NCBI GenBank assembly: GCA_030605835.1
Contig: JAUWHO010000001.1
Location: 29,966 to 93,965, forward strand
Reading direction: 5' to 3'
DNA length: 64,000 nt
DNA from: Candidatus Zixiibacteriota bacterium
GTDB taxonomy: Bacteria; Zixibacteria; MSB-5A5; DG-27
Shown here piece after piece: positions 18,231 through 27,162 of the stretch (positions are counted from its first letter, which is position 1; the number at the start of each line of letters is the position of its first letter). The translations under genes were made by a program, and so were the position numbers. The notes beneath the pieces were generated by a model. The model worked only from the letters and a program-made list of their open reading frames with translations. It was not told the DNA's origin and did no database searches.

Positions 18231-20381
18231 ATGAATATGAGACTGTTTTTGAGCTTTGTCATTGTTTCCCTTTTTCTCCTTCCTGCTTCTTCTTTGGCGG
18301 TGGAGGTTTCCGGTCCGGTATGGGGTCGCTGGACGGTTGAGAACTCCCCTTACGATGTCGTTGGAGAGGTGAGAGTACCTCCCGAATCGACCCTCATAAT
18401 CGACCCCGGAGTGGTGGTCAACTTCAAGGGGCACTACAAATTTATCGTGGATAGTGCCGCGGTGCTGTTAGCAGTCGGGAGCGAGACCGATTCTATCTAC
18501 TTCACTCCAGAGGACACCACCGTTGGATGGCACGGCATCCGCTTCATCCATGCCGACGGAGCCTCACACCTCTCTCATTGTCAAATCAGATACGGAAAAG
18601 CCACGGGGACCTATCCCGACTACCACGGTGGCGGTGTCTTCTGTTACTATTCTGACCTCAAAATTAACAACTGTAGCATCGTCAGAAATCATGCGATGAG
18701 AAACGGTTTTGGCGGGGGAATCTACTGCTACCACTCGAGCTGCGAGATAACTGAAAGCGACATCAGCTTCAACAAGGCCACCCCGATCGGAGGCGGCATT
18801 TACGCCGTCTATTCAAATCTCACCATCAGATCCAGCAGTCTCGTCAGAAACATGGCGTGGGGGGCCGGCGGCGGCATCTACTGCGGCTCCTCCGATTTGG
18901 TCTCAAGCTCCAACAGCTTCAGCGACAATTGGTCCTTCTTCGGAGGCGGGATCTATGCCTTCAGCTCTCAGGTCAACATAACCAGCGACAGCTTTGAAGC
19001 TAACTCCATTAGCCACCTGGGGGGCGGGATTTTCGTTGGCGACTGCGATGGAGTAATAAATGATAACGTCATCGCCGGTAACGATGCTGAGGATGGTGGC
19101 GGCATCTTTTGCGGGTATGGTTCGACGGTTATCATAGCCAATAACCTCATCAGCAATAACACTACCTACCACGCCGACGATGATGGCGGCGGCATCTTCT
19201 GCCACAATTCAAGCCCCGAGATACTTCATAACCTCATTATCGGGAACTTCGCCCAGCGTTACGGTGGTGGTATCTATCTCTGGGGCTCAAGTCCCTTGAT
19301 AGAAGGCAACACCATAAGCATGAACACCGCCCAATACGGTGGGGGCATATGTTGTCACGATAGCTCCTTTGTAACGGTCACAAACAACATACTCTGGGAA
19401 GATTCTGCCGAGGTGGGAATGGAACTCTGCTTGTTATATGATGCGGAAGCAGTCCCCCCTGTGCTTACAGTTAGTTATAGTGACGTTGAAGGGGGCGAAG
19501 GAGATGTTTACGTCGCCCCTGAAGCCGAACTTGTCTGGGGATACGGCAACCTCGATCTAGACCCACTCTTTATCGATTCCCACGGAGACGATTTTCACCT
19601 GCTGCCCACGTCTCCGTGTATCGACGTGGGAGATCCATATATGGAGGACTATGACCACTCCCGTTCGGACATGGGAGCTTTGCCATATTTCCACAAGATC
19701 GCCTTGCGCCTGCGCCCGGATGACCCTTTCCCTCTCAGCTTCCCCCGGGGTTATGACGCCTACGGGATGAGAACCATCGCCAATAACACTGCCTCTCCCA
19801 AGCCGGTCAAGCTTTCGAGCGTCATTACCAACTCCGCCGGTGACACCCTGAGAAATCTGTATTCGTGGGAGGGAAATCTGCCCAGACAACACTTGAGGGA
19901 GGATTACGGCTATCTCCACGTTCCAAGCTATGTGCCGCCCGGTTTCTACAACTACGTGATGGCGGCGGAGAATGCTTCAACCGGTGAGATCTGGCACACC
20001 TCGGTGACGCCGTTTGAGATTTCTGAAGGTGGAGCGATTGCAACCTCTGGTGAAGGTTGGTTCTCACAATTCGGGGAAAAGTTCTCTCGGGGCGAGGATG
20101 TGAGCTTTATCCCTTCAGAGACGAGCCTCAATACTCGTTGTTATCCCAACCCCTTCAATACCTCCACCACTATCAGCTACCAGCTTCAAACTGCAGGCCA
20201 GGTCACTTTGGAAGTCTACAACCTTCTTGGACAGAGGGTGACCACATTAGTGAACGAAAAGCAGCAGGCTGGAGATAAATTTGTAATCTGGGATGCTTCC
20301 CAAGTTTCCTCCGGGCTTTACTTCTACAAGTTGACCGCCGGGGATTTCACGCAGACCAAGAGGATGATGCTGGTGAAGTGA
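18231..20381 (+). CDS. Secreted parallel beta-helix repeat protein with a T9SS type-A CTD.
   Basis: The N-terminus is homologous to the 3130-4986 gene (VWGRWTVENSPYDVVGEVRVP...HYKFIVD). It has GGGI rungs and ends YPNPFN...LYFYKLTAGDFTQTKRMMLVK. Confidence 0.8.
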   Translation: MNMRLFLSFVIVSLFLLPASSLAVEVSGPVWGRWTVENSPYDVVGEVRVPPESTLIIDPGVVVNFKGHYKFIVDSAAVLLAVGSETDSIYFTPEDTTVGWHGIRFIHADGASHLSHCQIRYGKATGTYPDYHGGGVFCYYSDLKINNCSIVRNHAMRNGFGGGIYCYHSSCEITESDISFNKATPIGGGIYAVYSNLTIRSSSLVRNMAWGAGGGIYCGSSDLVSSSNSFSDNWSFFGGGIYAFSSQVNITSDSFEANSISHLGGGIFVGDCDGVINDNVIAGNDAEDGGGIFCGYGSTVIIANNLISNNTTYHADDDGGGIFCHNSSPEILHNLIIGNFAQRYGGGIYLWGSSPLIEGNTISMNTAQYGGGICCHDSSFVTVTNNILWEDSAEVGMELCLLYDAEAVPPVLTVSYSDVEGGEGDVYVAPEAELVWGYGNLDLDPLFIDSHGDDFHLLPTSPCIDVGDPYMEDYDHSRSDMGALPYFHKIALRLRPDDPFPLSFPRGYDAYGMRTIANNTASPKPVKLSSVITNSAGDTLRNLYSWEGNLPRQHLREDYGYLHVPSYVPPGFYNYVMAAENASTGEIWHTSVTPFEISEGGAIATSGEGWFSQFGEKFSRGEDVSFIPSETSLNTRCYPNPFNTSTTISYQLQTAGQVTLEVYNLLGQRVTTLVNEKQQAGDKFVIWDASQVSSGLYFYKLTAGDFTQTKRMMLVK

Positions 20382-20666
20382 GGTCCCTGATCCTCTTTTG
20401 ACGGGGGCTGTGTAAAGCATTGTGTGGTTTTCTGCCCAGGGGTGGCTAGAGAAGAAATGTATATGCCGGCAGGGACAGACAGTCCTGGATAAGCTTGACA
20501 GGATCAAGCGCAAAACCATGAGGCTGAGGCGCGCTCAGAATCGCCCAACATGTTTTTCAGCCGTTGCGGGTTTTTGGGGCATTTAAGCTACGATTCAGAA
20601 ATAAACTTGCGAGTTTACCAAACTCTGAATTCACGCAACAGCCCCGAAATCGGCTGCAAAAAATCG

Positions 20667-21512
20667 TTATGTATTTTCAATTATGCCACTATTGACGCAT
20701 ATTTGTGTGAACAGTGCTCCAACATTAAATAGGACTGTATTTCCTGTATCAATTCCCAGTTTATTTACTTTTATCTTAACTTTAATTTCAGCTTTTTTCC
20801 GTGCATCAAAAATTGCAAATATACCTTGCGCACCCTTACTTCCCGTAATATTCACTCTTGCTGGATTGTTTTCAAATTCTTTTGAGCAGGTTTTAAGAAC
20901 ATAACTTTTTATATCCTGCTCATCTGTTAACTCTAAATATTCTTTAGTCACGAACTCATTACCATAAAATTCCATTTTTGTTAGGATAGAAAAGTCTTCT
21001 TCTCTGTCAAAGGAAATAACGTCAATGCTCATAAAGAATCTATTATCAAGGGTTCCTTGTTCTATCAGGTAATCTATATAATAATCTAAACCATCAGTTA
21101 TTCTGCCTGAGTTATCAATATTGTATTTCTTTTTAAGAACCGCCAGAAGTTTCTTTAGCCCAGTATCAAAGTTACCCCGAAAATCAGCGTAGAGTTTGTC
21201 TCTTAGTAGAAGCGGTATTTTGCAATCATCAATAATAACTGGAAGTATTGTTATTTTCTTATCTTCAATTTCTTTTAATAGCCCTGCATTAATTTCCCTC
21301 TTAACCCACTCGGATTTTATTGAGTTATTTGAAAATACAACACAAATGTAGCTTGCTCCTTCAAGACCATCCTGAATCTTATTGATAAATGAATCACCAA
21401 CACTGATTTGCCACTCATCTTTCCATACCTTGACATTATGAGAAATGAGAGACATAGCTAGTTTATCAACAAATTCGCTATCTTGATGGTTATAACTTAT
21501 AAATACTGACAT
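20667..21512 (-). CDS. TIR-domain protein with an uncharacterized C-terminal domain of about 145 aa (TIR-C).
   Basis: FISYNHQDSEFV (beta-A) and SEWVKREI (SxW...E catalytic-Glu signature). The C-terminal half matches nothing I recognise. AT-rich codon usage. Confidence 0.75.
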   Translation of the reverse strand: MSVFISYNHQDSEFVDKLAMSLISHNVKVWKDEWQISVGDSFINKIQDGLEGASYICVVFSNNSIKSEWVKREINAGLLKEIEDKKITILPVIIDDCKIPLLLRDKLYADFRGNFDTGLKKLLAVLKKKYNIDNSGRITDGLDYYIDYLIEQGTLDNRFFMSIDVISFDREEDFSILTKMEFYGNEFVTKEYLELTDEQDIKSYVLKTCSKEFENNPARVNITGSKGAQGIFAIFDARKKAEIKVKIKVNKLGIDTGNTVLFNVGALFTQICVNSGIIENT

Positions 21513-21565
21513 AGATTTTCACTATTATCTCATCACATAACGATAAGGATAACCCCCTGGTATGG

Positions 21566-21600
21566 AGCGCAGCGGAATACCAGTCGGGTTCATCTTTTTG
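21566..21600 (-). terminator. Hairpin between TIR-B and TIR-C. Possible intrinsic terminator or attenuator.
   Basis: Minus strand: CTGGTAT-tccgctgcgctcc-ATACCAG, then GGGGTTATCCTTATCGTTAT. A GC-rich hairpin in an otherwise AT-rich spacer. Confidence 0.3.
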
Positions 21601-21617
21601 TTATGCTAAATTAAGTC

Positions 21618-22001
21618 TCAGTCCCGAATAGCTTTTGCTATCTCCTTAGCTGCAGAAACTGGAGAGCTTTCACGCAAATATTGATATTTTACTAAGGATA
21701 AAGGTAGTCGCTCATGTCCAACTTCATCAATAACAACTGGAATAATCCTTTTTTTGTCAGCCACAGCAGCCCCTAACTCAAAATATATCCATGGACTTTG
21801 AAGGCTATTTGAACTTAACAAAACCACCAAAGTGCTACTCGCCCGAAGTGCCTCTTGAGTTTGTTGCCTAATATCTTCCCCTAAGGATATTTCATGATAA
21901 TCAAACCAAACTTCAATTCCTTCCTGCTCAAGGGTTTCAGCGAATGCTTGCACCCAACGTCTGTCTTTGAAGGAGTAGGATAAGAATATTTTATTCTTCA
22001 T
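21618..22001 (-). CDS. TIR-only protein (TIR-B).
   Basis: FLSYSFKDRRWV and SPWIYFEL (SxWxxxEL). 127 aa. Its start overlaps the upstream TIR-A stop. Confidence 0.75.
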   Translation of the reverse strand: MKNKIFLSYSFKDRRWVQAFAETLEQEGIEVWFDYHEISLGEDIRQQTQEALRASSTLVVLLSSNSLQSPWIYFELGAAVADKKRIIPVVIDEVGHERLPLSLVKYQYLRESSPVSAAKEIAKAIRD

Positions 22002-22435
22002 TTCTCTACCCCCATCTTAGAATCTTTGTTGACACGCTCTTCAAGCTGACCGAAATATTGGTCAATATCATTTAAACTAATGATGTCCCTTTTCTTTAGG
22101 AATACAGGTGCGTTGGGACGAGATTGAAATTCTGAAGGGGATAAACCGTGCAAAACCACAATTATTGGGATTCTCCTTATCCACGCTGCTCCTATTTCTG
22201 CCCATACGTATGGCCTCTCAAATGACCATGGTGTGAATAACACTAATAATTCATCTGCCTTATCCAAAAACTCTAGAATATCTTCCTCGAATTCAGCACC
22301 AATATCGACATCTGCCTCATCGAGAAATGGAGTAGCATTGTGAGATGTTATTTCTCTTGCTATCTGCCTTGCCACCCAAGTATCTTGCCCCGAATGGCTA
22401 ACAAACACCAATTTTTCATTAGTTTGGTCGGTCAT
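21998..22435 (-). CDS. TIR-only protein (TIR-A).
   Basis: FVSHSGQDTWVA and TPWSFERPYVWAEIG. 145 aa. First gene of the AT-rich island operon. Confidence 0.7.
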   Translation of the reverse strand: MTDQTNEKLVFVSHSGQDTWVARQIAREITSHNATPFLDEADVDIGAEFEEDILEFLDKADELLVLFTPWSFERPYVWAEIGAAWIRRIPIIVVLHGLSPSEFQSRPNAPVFLKKRDIISLNDIDQYFGQLEERVNKDSKMGVEK

Positions 22436-22463
22436 TCCATTAAGACCTTTTCTGTTTTATTGG

Positions 22464-22469
22464 CATAAC
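22464..22469 (-). promoter_or_regulatory. Candidate -10 box (TATAAT) for the TIR operon.
   Basis: Minus strand ...CACTGTATAATCATTG..., about 30 nt upstream of the TIR-A ATG. Confidence 0.3.
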
Positions 22470-22606
22470 AATGATTATACAGTGTGCATAAACCGGCAAA
22501 GATAGACTTTTTCCTTCCGTATAAACCTTCTGAGCATTTCATAGTTCATGGGCCTAAGTCCTTGAATATCCATGTTATATCTCCTCTCATCATCTCAACG
22601 GGGTTT

Positions 22607-22629
22607 GTCTTATACAGTCTGTATAAGAC
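22607..22629. repeat. Perfect 11-bp inverted repeat with a 1-nt spacer, at the island edge.
   Basis: GTCTTATACAG-t-CTGTATAAGAC, followed by a GC-rich tract (ccggggctgcgcacccccttgcggccgcgg) inside AT-rich DNA. Confidence 0.5.
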
Positions 22630-22864
22630 GGCTCAAAGCCCATCTCCGGGGCTGCGCACCCCCTTGCGGCCGCGGTTCAGATGCTTCGATTCACTACAGA
22701 CAACTGATGAAGAGCCCGAAGGCCTTCGATCCACTCTCCCAACACTTATGACGCCACCGCTCTCTTGCACGAATTTCTCCGGCTTTTCAATGTATTTCGC
22801 ATATAATATATCTCTGACAAAGAGTCAAGAAAAACTTATCTTTTTCTGCCATGCTACGCCAACC

Positions 22865-22999
22865 CTTGAGTGCGGTCCGGAAAATGCCTGTGGATATCTT
22901 AATGGGTGGGATGCTTCTGATGTCTCCTCTGGTCTTTACTTCTACAAATTGACCGCTGGTGACTTGTCTGAGACTAAAAGGATGATTCTATTGAAATAG
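22865..22999 (+). pseudogene. Orphan T9SS CTD 3' remnant with low-GC codons (...NACGYLNGWDASDVSSGLYFYKLTAGDLSETKRMILLK*).
   Basis: Only about 45 codons of CTD homology at the 3' end of an otherwise composite ORF. Third codon positions are AT-biased, unlike the native CTDs. Confidence 0.5.
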
Positions 23000-23259
23000 T
23001 GTCACCAGCTAGCCTCGCCGAAGACACCAGGGATTAGATTAGCGTAGGTCAAGTATCAGACCGAAGCTAACTTCCATCAAGCGGCAGGAATTTTCTTGAC
23101 AACAGGGGGCTTTTTTGTATCTTTGGAAATGAAAGGGCTTGATGACGCCGCCCCATTCTAACTGGTCAGAATGAACTCTACCGCGGGGCGATCATCTGTT
23201 TGACAGTCCGAAGCGTGTCTAAAACGTCCGAAGTCTTACCATTCCAAAAAGGAGGAGCT

Positions 23260-24957
23260 ATGAAGAGAAGCTATTTTCTTTCGATGCTTCTGATTGTCTT
23301 TCTTTTTACTTCTTCTCTATCCTGGGGCGAATTCAAGTATGCGGTGCTGGTAAATAACTCCACCTATCAGATCCCGGAGTGGGCCCTTGTTGCTGATACT
23401 CTGAAGTCGCGCTACGACGGTGAGATTTTCACCTGGGAAAGCTCGGTGTGGGACGTGCGCTCGGAATTGTCAGCTTACAAGCCAACCCACATCGCCTTCG
23501 TCTGCGAGCCCCTGACCGCCAGCGCCGGTTTCGTCCAGATAGTGTGGCCCTTTACCCGCTGCCTCGACGATGATCCCTACGGTGATGCCATCTGGGGGAT
23601 AATCACCGGTTACGACGCTGCAGACGCTCTTCGCCTGGCCAACTGTGAGCCTTTTGTGGTTAAGAACATGCTTGGAGGCACGATGAGCTGTGATGTGAAC
23701 TATTACCCCCAGGGAATAGCCACCAGCGAGGCAACTTACAATCGCATCCGCTTCAAGTATCTGGACGGCACCATCATCGACACCACCGATGAGAATCTCT
23801 GCCCCACCGACCGCACCGAGTTCCTTATGGACATGATAAACGCCGACACTATCGACATCTTTATGACCAGCGGACACGGCAACCACGACCGCTGGCAACT
23901 GCACTATCCCTCTCCCGACCTGGAGGGGTTTTTCATGTCCAGCGCTGGTCAACTCTACGGAGATCCTCGTATCGGTCCGAACATCAACGCCAATTCCGTC
24001 AATCCCAAAATCTACTTAGCCTTAGGCAACTGTTATGTCGGCAAACTTCAGAACCTGAATTCGATGGCTCCCGCCTGGATCCATACCGGCGGAGCCTCTC
24101 TCATGACCGGCTATGTGGAGTGGGAGGGCACCTATAGCCACCAGCACGGTGGCACCAAAGCTTTCTTCGCCCGCCAGGGGCTTTACACTTGGCCGGAGGC
24201 ATTCTTTTTAGCCAACCAGGCCCTTTACTTTGACCTCGACAACCACACTCCTGGCACTAACCCCCCAGATTTGAACTGGTCGGCGCTCTACGGAGACCCA
24301 GCTTTGGATGCCCGTCTGGACACCGTGTCTGGGGTTATTCCCGGCTCGATGTATGAGGAGCAGATTGAGATCGTGCCCGGAGACGACAAAGACACTGTCA
24401 CGGTGCGGATTGTCATGAACCGGGAGGACTCGCCGGGCTACAACGGGAAGTGGGGGAATCGCCATCCCATTATTCTTTTCCCCTTCCGGGCTGAAAATCC
24501 GGTCATCATCAAATACGACCCGGAATGTTATACCGCCGAGGTTACCGATGATTTCTTCTTGATGTGTATCTGGTGGCTGGGTGACGCTCCCCTTCCAGCG
24601 GGAGCGACCCGGGAGTTCGTCTTCACCTGCGACCACATGGTCACCTCCGTGGAGGAACCTGCCTCACCACCTCTGCCGAGCAAGATAGTCCTTTACCAGA
24701 ACCGTCCCAATCCCTTCAACGCCCAGACTCAGATCAGATATCAACTCTGCTCCCCGACCGCGGTCAACTTGGCAATCTACAACCTCCAGGGGGAACGGGT
24801 CTGCACTCTGTTCGAAGGGTATCAATATCCGGGAACATACAACCTCATCTGGGACGGTCGCAATCAGAGGGGAGGCGAGGTGGTCTCGGGAATCTACTTC
24901 TACCGCTTGACCTCCGGCGACATCTCCGAGAGCCGACCGCTCTTATTGTTGAAATAA
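23260..24957 (+). CDS. T9SS-CTD cargo protein with a C25/clan-CD-like cysteine peptidase core (gingipain-like).
   Basis: Signal peptide after an AGGAGG site. A His-Gly motif FMTSGHGNHD and a downstream Ala/Gly-Cys motif LALGNCYVG resemble the clan CD His/Cys dyad. C-terminal RPNPFN...IYFYRLTSGDISESRPLLLLK. Confidence 0.6.
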   Translation: MKRSYFLSMLLIVFLFTSSLSWGEFKYAVLVNNSTYQIPEWALVADTLKSRYDGEIFTWESSVWDVRSELSAYKPTHIAFVCEPLTASAGFVQIVWPFTRCLDDDPYGDAIWGIITGYDAADALRLANCEPFVVKNMLGGTMSCDVNYYPQGIATSEATYNRIRFKYLDGTIIDTTDENLCPTDRTEFLMDMINADTIDIFMTSGHGNHDRWQLHYPSPDLEGFFMSSAGQLYGDPRIGPNINANSVNPKIYLALGNCYVGKLQNLNSMAPAWIHTGGASLMTGYVEWEGTYSHQHGGTKAFFARQGLYTWPEAFFLANQALYFDLDNHTPGTNPPDLNWSALYGDPALDARLDTVSGVIPGSMYEEQIEIVPGDDKDTVTVRIVMNREDSPGYNGKWGNRHPIILFPFRAENPVIIKYDPECYTAEVTDDFFLMCIWWLGDAPLPAGATREFVFTCDHMVTSVEEPASPPLPSKIVLYQNRPNPFNAQTQIRYQLCSPTAVNLAIYNLQGERVCTLFEGYQYPGTYNLIWDGRNQRGGEVVSGIYFYRLTSGDISESRPLLLLK

Positions 24958-25044
24958 GTTTTTTGTACGGCCCGGAGAGATTGAGTTAGTTCTCGGTGAG
25001 AGAACCGAGAGCTGAACCTTGCATCAGATTTGAAGGGTGTTGTA

Positions 25045-27132
25045 ATGAAATCCATACTCAAAGCATTCTTTAGGTTCGGAGCTCTGCTTTCAATCTGCTG
25101 TTTTCTATCTCCGATTACGCTCCTGGCACAGTGGCAACTCGTAGATTCCACAAGCTTCCAGGTGAGATTAGCTGCAGATAGCAACTGCTTTATTACATTC
25201 AATCCCGGAGATGATTCTTTAGAGGTCACCCTCCCCGAAAGAGGGCTTTCGGAGACGGCGCTTTTGGCTTTGGAGAAAGCTCCCGATTGGTTGAAGCCAG
25301 CTCTGGGGGACAATCTCGCCAGGCTGGCAACCGGGCTGCAGGACACCTACGCGGCGATAATACTGAATTCCACCGACCCGTTTGTTGATGAACTCTGTTT
25401 CGAGATTGCCCAGCTAGCCCCGCGGACCCTGCGGGATATGGAGAGATGGGAGGCTTTGGAGGTCTTGACGGAAAATGTGGCCTCCCTTTACAGCATTGAT
25501 AACTTCCTGGAGTATGCTGACATCCTTGACTACGGCAACTCCTCCCAGGGGGGTGACTATTATTCGACCGTCAGTTACCGAGTGGAAGAGGAGGGGGATA
25601 CTCTGGAGTTCGAGCTCCCCAAAGAGATCTATTACTGGTATCTGGTTCATCCCAAAATCCACAAGGAGCTCCCGGCATACATCGACCCCAATACCGGAAA
25701 CCCCTCCTGGCCTCCTTACGGGTTTTTCTGGAGAGACTATTTGATGAATTACGCCGACGGAGGCTATCCCTTACTGAAAGATATGCTTGAGGGAGTGGAG
25801 ACTCTCTGGAACAACATCCCCGACAATATTGAAAACGGCGCCGTTGGAGTTTTAACCGCCTGGGTCGATTCGGTGATGGACTTTATATCCTACCCTCATC
25901 ACGACCAGCCGGTGAGGATATACCACCTCCATATAGGGACTTGCAGCGTTCACTCTTACCTGACCTCGGCGGCAGCGAGGGCGGCCTTGATTCCCGCCAC
26001 CGTGACGGTGATGTACAGCAACGACCATAAGGTCAACGAGTTCTGGGAACGGCGCTGGATCAGCTGGGAACCGGTGGGGATACACATTGACAATCCCCGC
26101 TGCTACGACCCCGGTTGGGGCTGGGATATTGCCGCCGTCTTCAACTGGAAAGGGAACGGCTTCATCTGGGATGTCACCGAGAGATACACCGAGGTCTGCA
26201 CCTTGAAAGTCACCATCACTGACGCTGGTGGCAGCCCCGTCGATGGTGCCCGAATAAAACTCCATAGTGCACCCTGTGTGGCCTGGGGAGCCACCGCGGG
26301 ATGGACAATCGAGACCGGGGAAAAACAGTTCCTCTTGGGGGACAGTCGCGATTTCACCGGTCGAGTGGACAGCGAACTCGGAGGCTACCCTCCGAGCGGG
26401 ATGGAACAGATAATCACCGGTAGCCAGCCGGGAGCGGTTTATACCTGGGAGGTCACCCTCCCGGGGGATATGCCCCAGCTTGAGATTCTGCCCGACACCC
26501 TTCCCGAAAACCCCAGGGATGAATTCAAAATCGAGCTGGAGTTTGAGCTCCCTTCAGAGATCCTTTACGGTGACAACCTCGACGACAACGACAGCTTCTC
26601 GGAGTTCGTCTCGCCGGGGCAAATAGACCTCTTCATCTGCGATCAGGCCAACTTCGATGACTATATCGCCGGTAGTGAATTCAAAGCCTTTGAAATCAAT
26701 CGTGGGGTCCCGCAGGGTACGCTCGAGTTTGTCTTTCCAACCGATGATGTCTGGTATCTGGTTTTCTCCAATGAGAAATCAACAGTGCTCACGCAGCAGT
26801 TAGAGATGGTCGCCTACCTCTACCAGAAATCGACCGGAGTTGCCGAGAGAGAGGAATCCGAAATACCCCAAAGCTTCAAGCTGGTGGGGAACTATCCTAA
26901 TCCCTTCAATAGCCAGACTACCATCAGCTATCAGTTGCCGGTGAACAGCGAGGTGAAATTGGAGCTTTACAACTTACTGGGACAGAAGATAACCACATTG
27001 GTTGACGAAAGACAGGAAGCCGGATACAGGTCAGTCATCTGGGAAGCTACCGCAGTTTCTTCTGGTATCTATTTCTGCAAGTTGACCACGGAAGAATTCG
27101 TTCAGACAAAGAGGATGTTGCTGATTCAATAA
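25045..27132 (+). CDS. T9SS-CTD cargo protein with a transglutaminase-like cysteine protease core.
   Basis: GTCSVHSYLTSAAARAALIPATVTV...DHKVNEFWE matches the Cys...His...Asp transglutaminase-like pattern (G.C......A..R.LGIPAR...H.W.E). C-terminal YPNPFN...IYFCKLTTEEFVQTKRMLLIQ. Confidence 0.65.
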   Translation: MKSILKAFFRFGALLSICCFLSPITLLAQWQLVDSTSFQVRLAADSNCFITFNPGDDSLEVTLPERGLSETALLALEKAPDWLKPALGDNLARLATGLQDTYAAIILNSTDPFVDELCFEIAQLAPRTLRDMERWEALEVLTENVASLYSIDNFLEYADILDYGNSSQGGDYYSTVSYRVEEEGDTLEFELPKEIYYWYLVHPKIHKELPAYIDPNTGNPSWPPYGFFWRDYLMNYADGGYPLLKDMLEGVETLWNNIPDNIENGAVGVLTAWVDSVMDFISYPHHDQPVRIYHLHIGTCSVHSYLTSAAARAALIPATVTVMYSNDHKVNEFWERRWISWEPVGIHIDNPRCYDPGWGWDIAAVFNWKGNGFIWDVTERYTEVCTLKVTITDAGGSPVDGARIKLHSAPCVAWGATAGWTIETGEKQFLLGDSRDFTGRVDSELGGYPPSGMEQIITGSQPGAVYTWEVTLPGDMPQLEILPDTLPENPRDEFKIELEFELPSEILYGDNLDDNDSFSEFVSPGQIDLFICDQANFDDYIAGSEFKAFEINRGVPQGTLEFVFPTDDVWYLVFSNEKSTVLTQQLEMVAYLYQKSTGVAEREESEIPQSFKLVGNYPNPFNSQTTISYQLPVNSEVKLELYNLLGQKITTLVDERQEAGYRSVIWEATAVSSGIYFCKLTTEEFVQTKRMLLIQ

Positions 27133-27162
27133 AGAAGAACCTCTGAACTCACTGGAGCTATT

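Noticed and set aside
20382-22999. Prophage or integrative element carrying the TIR genes.
   Set aside because: No integrase, recombinase, transposase, phage structural genes or direct repeats that I can see. I treat it as a small defense island, probably acquired by homologous recombination, rather than a mobile element.
22484-22999. A 171-aa plus-strand ORF treated as an intact gene.
   Set aside because: It is composite. Only the last ~45 codons show T9SS CTD homology and the rest has no signal peptide or domain. It is annotated as a CTD remnant instead.
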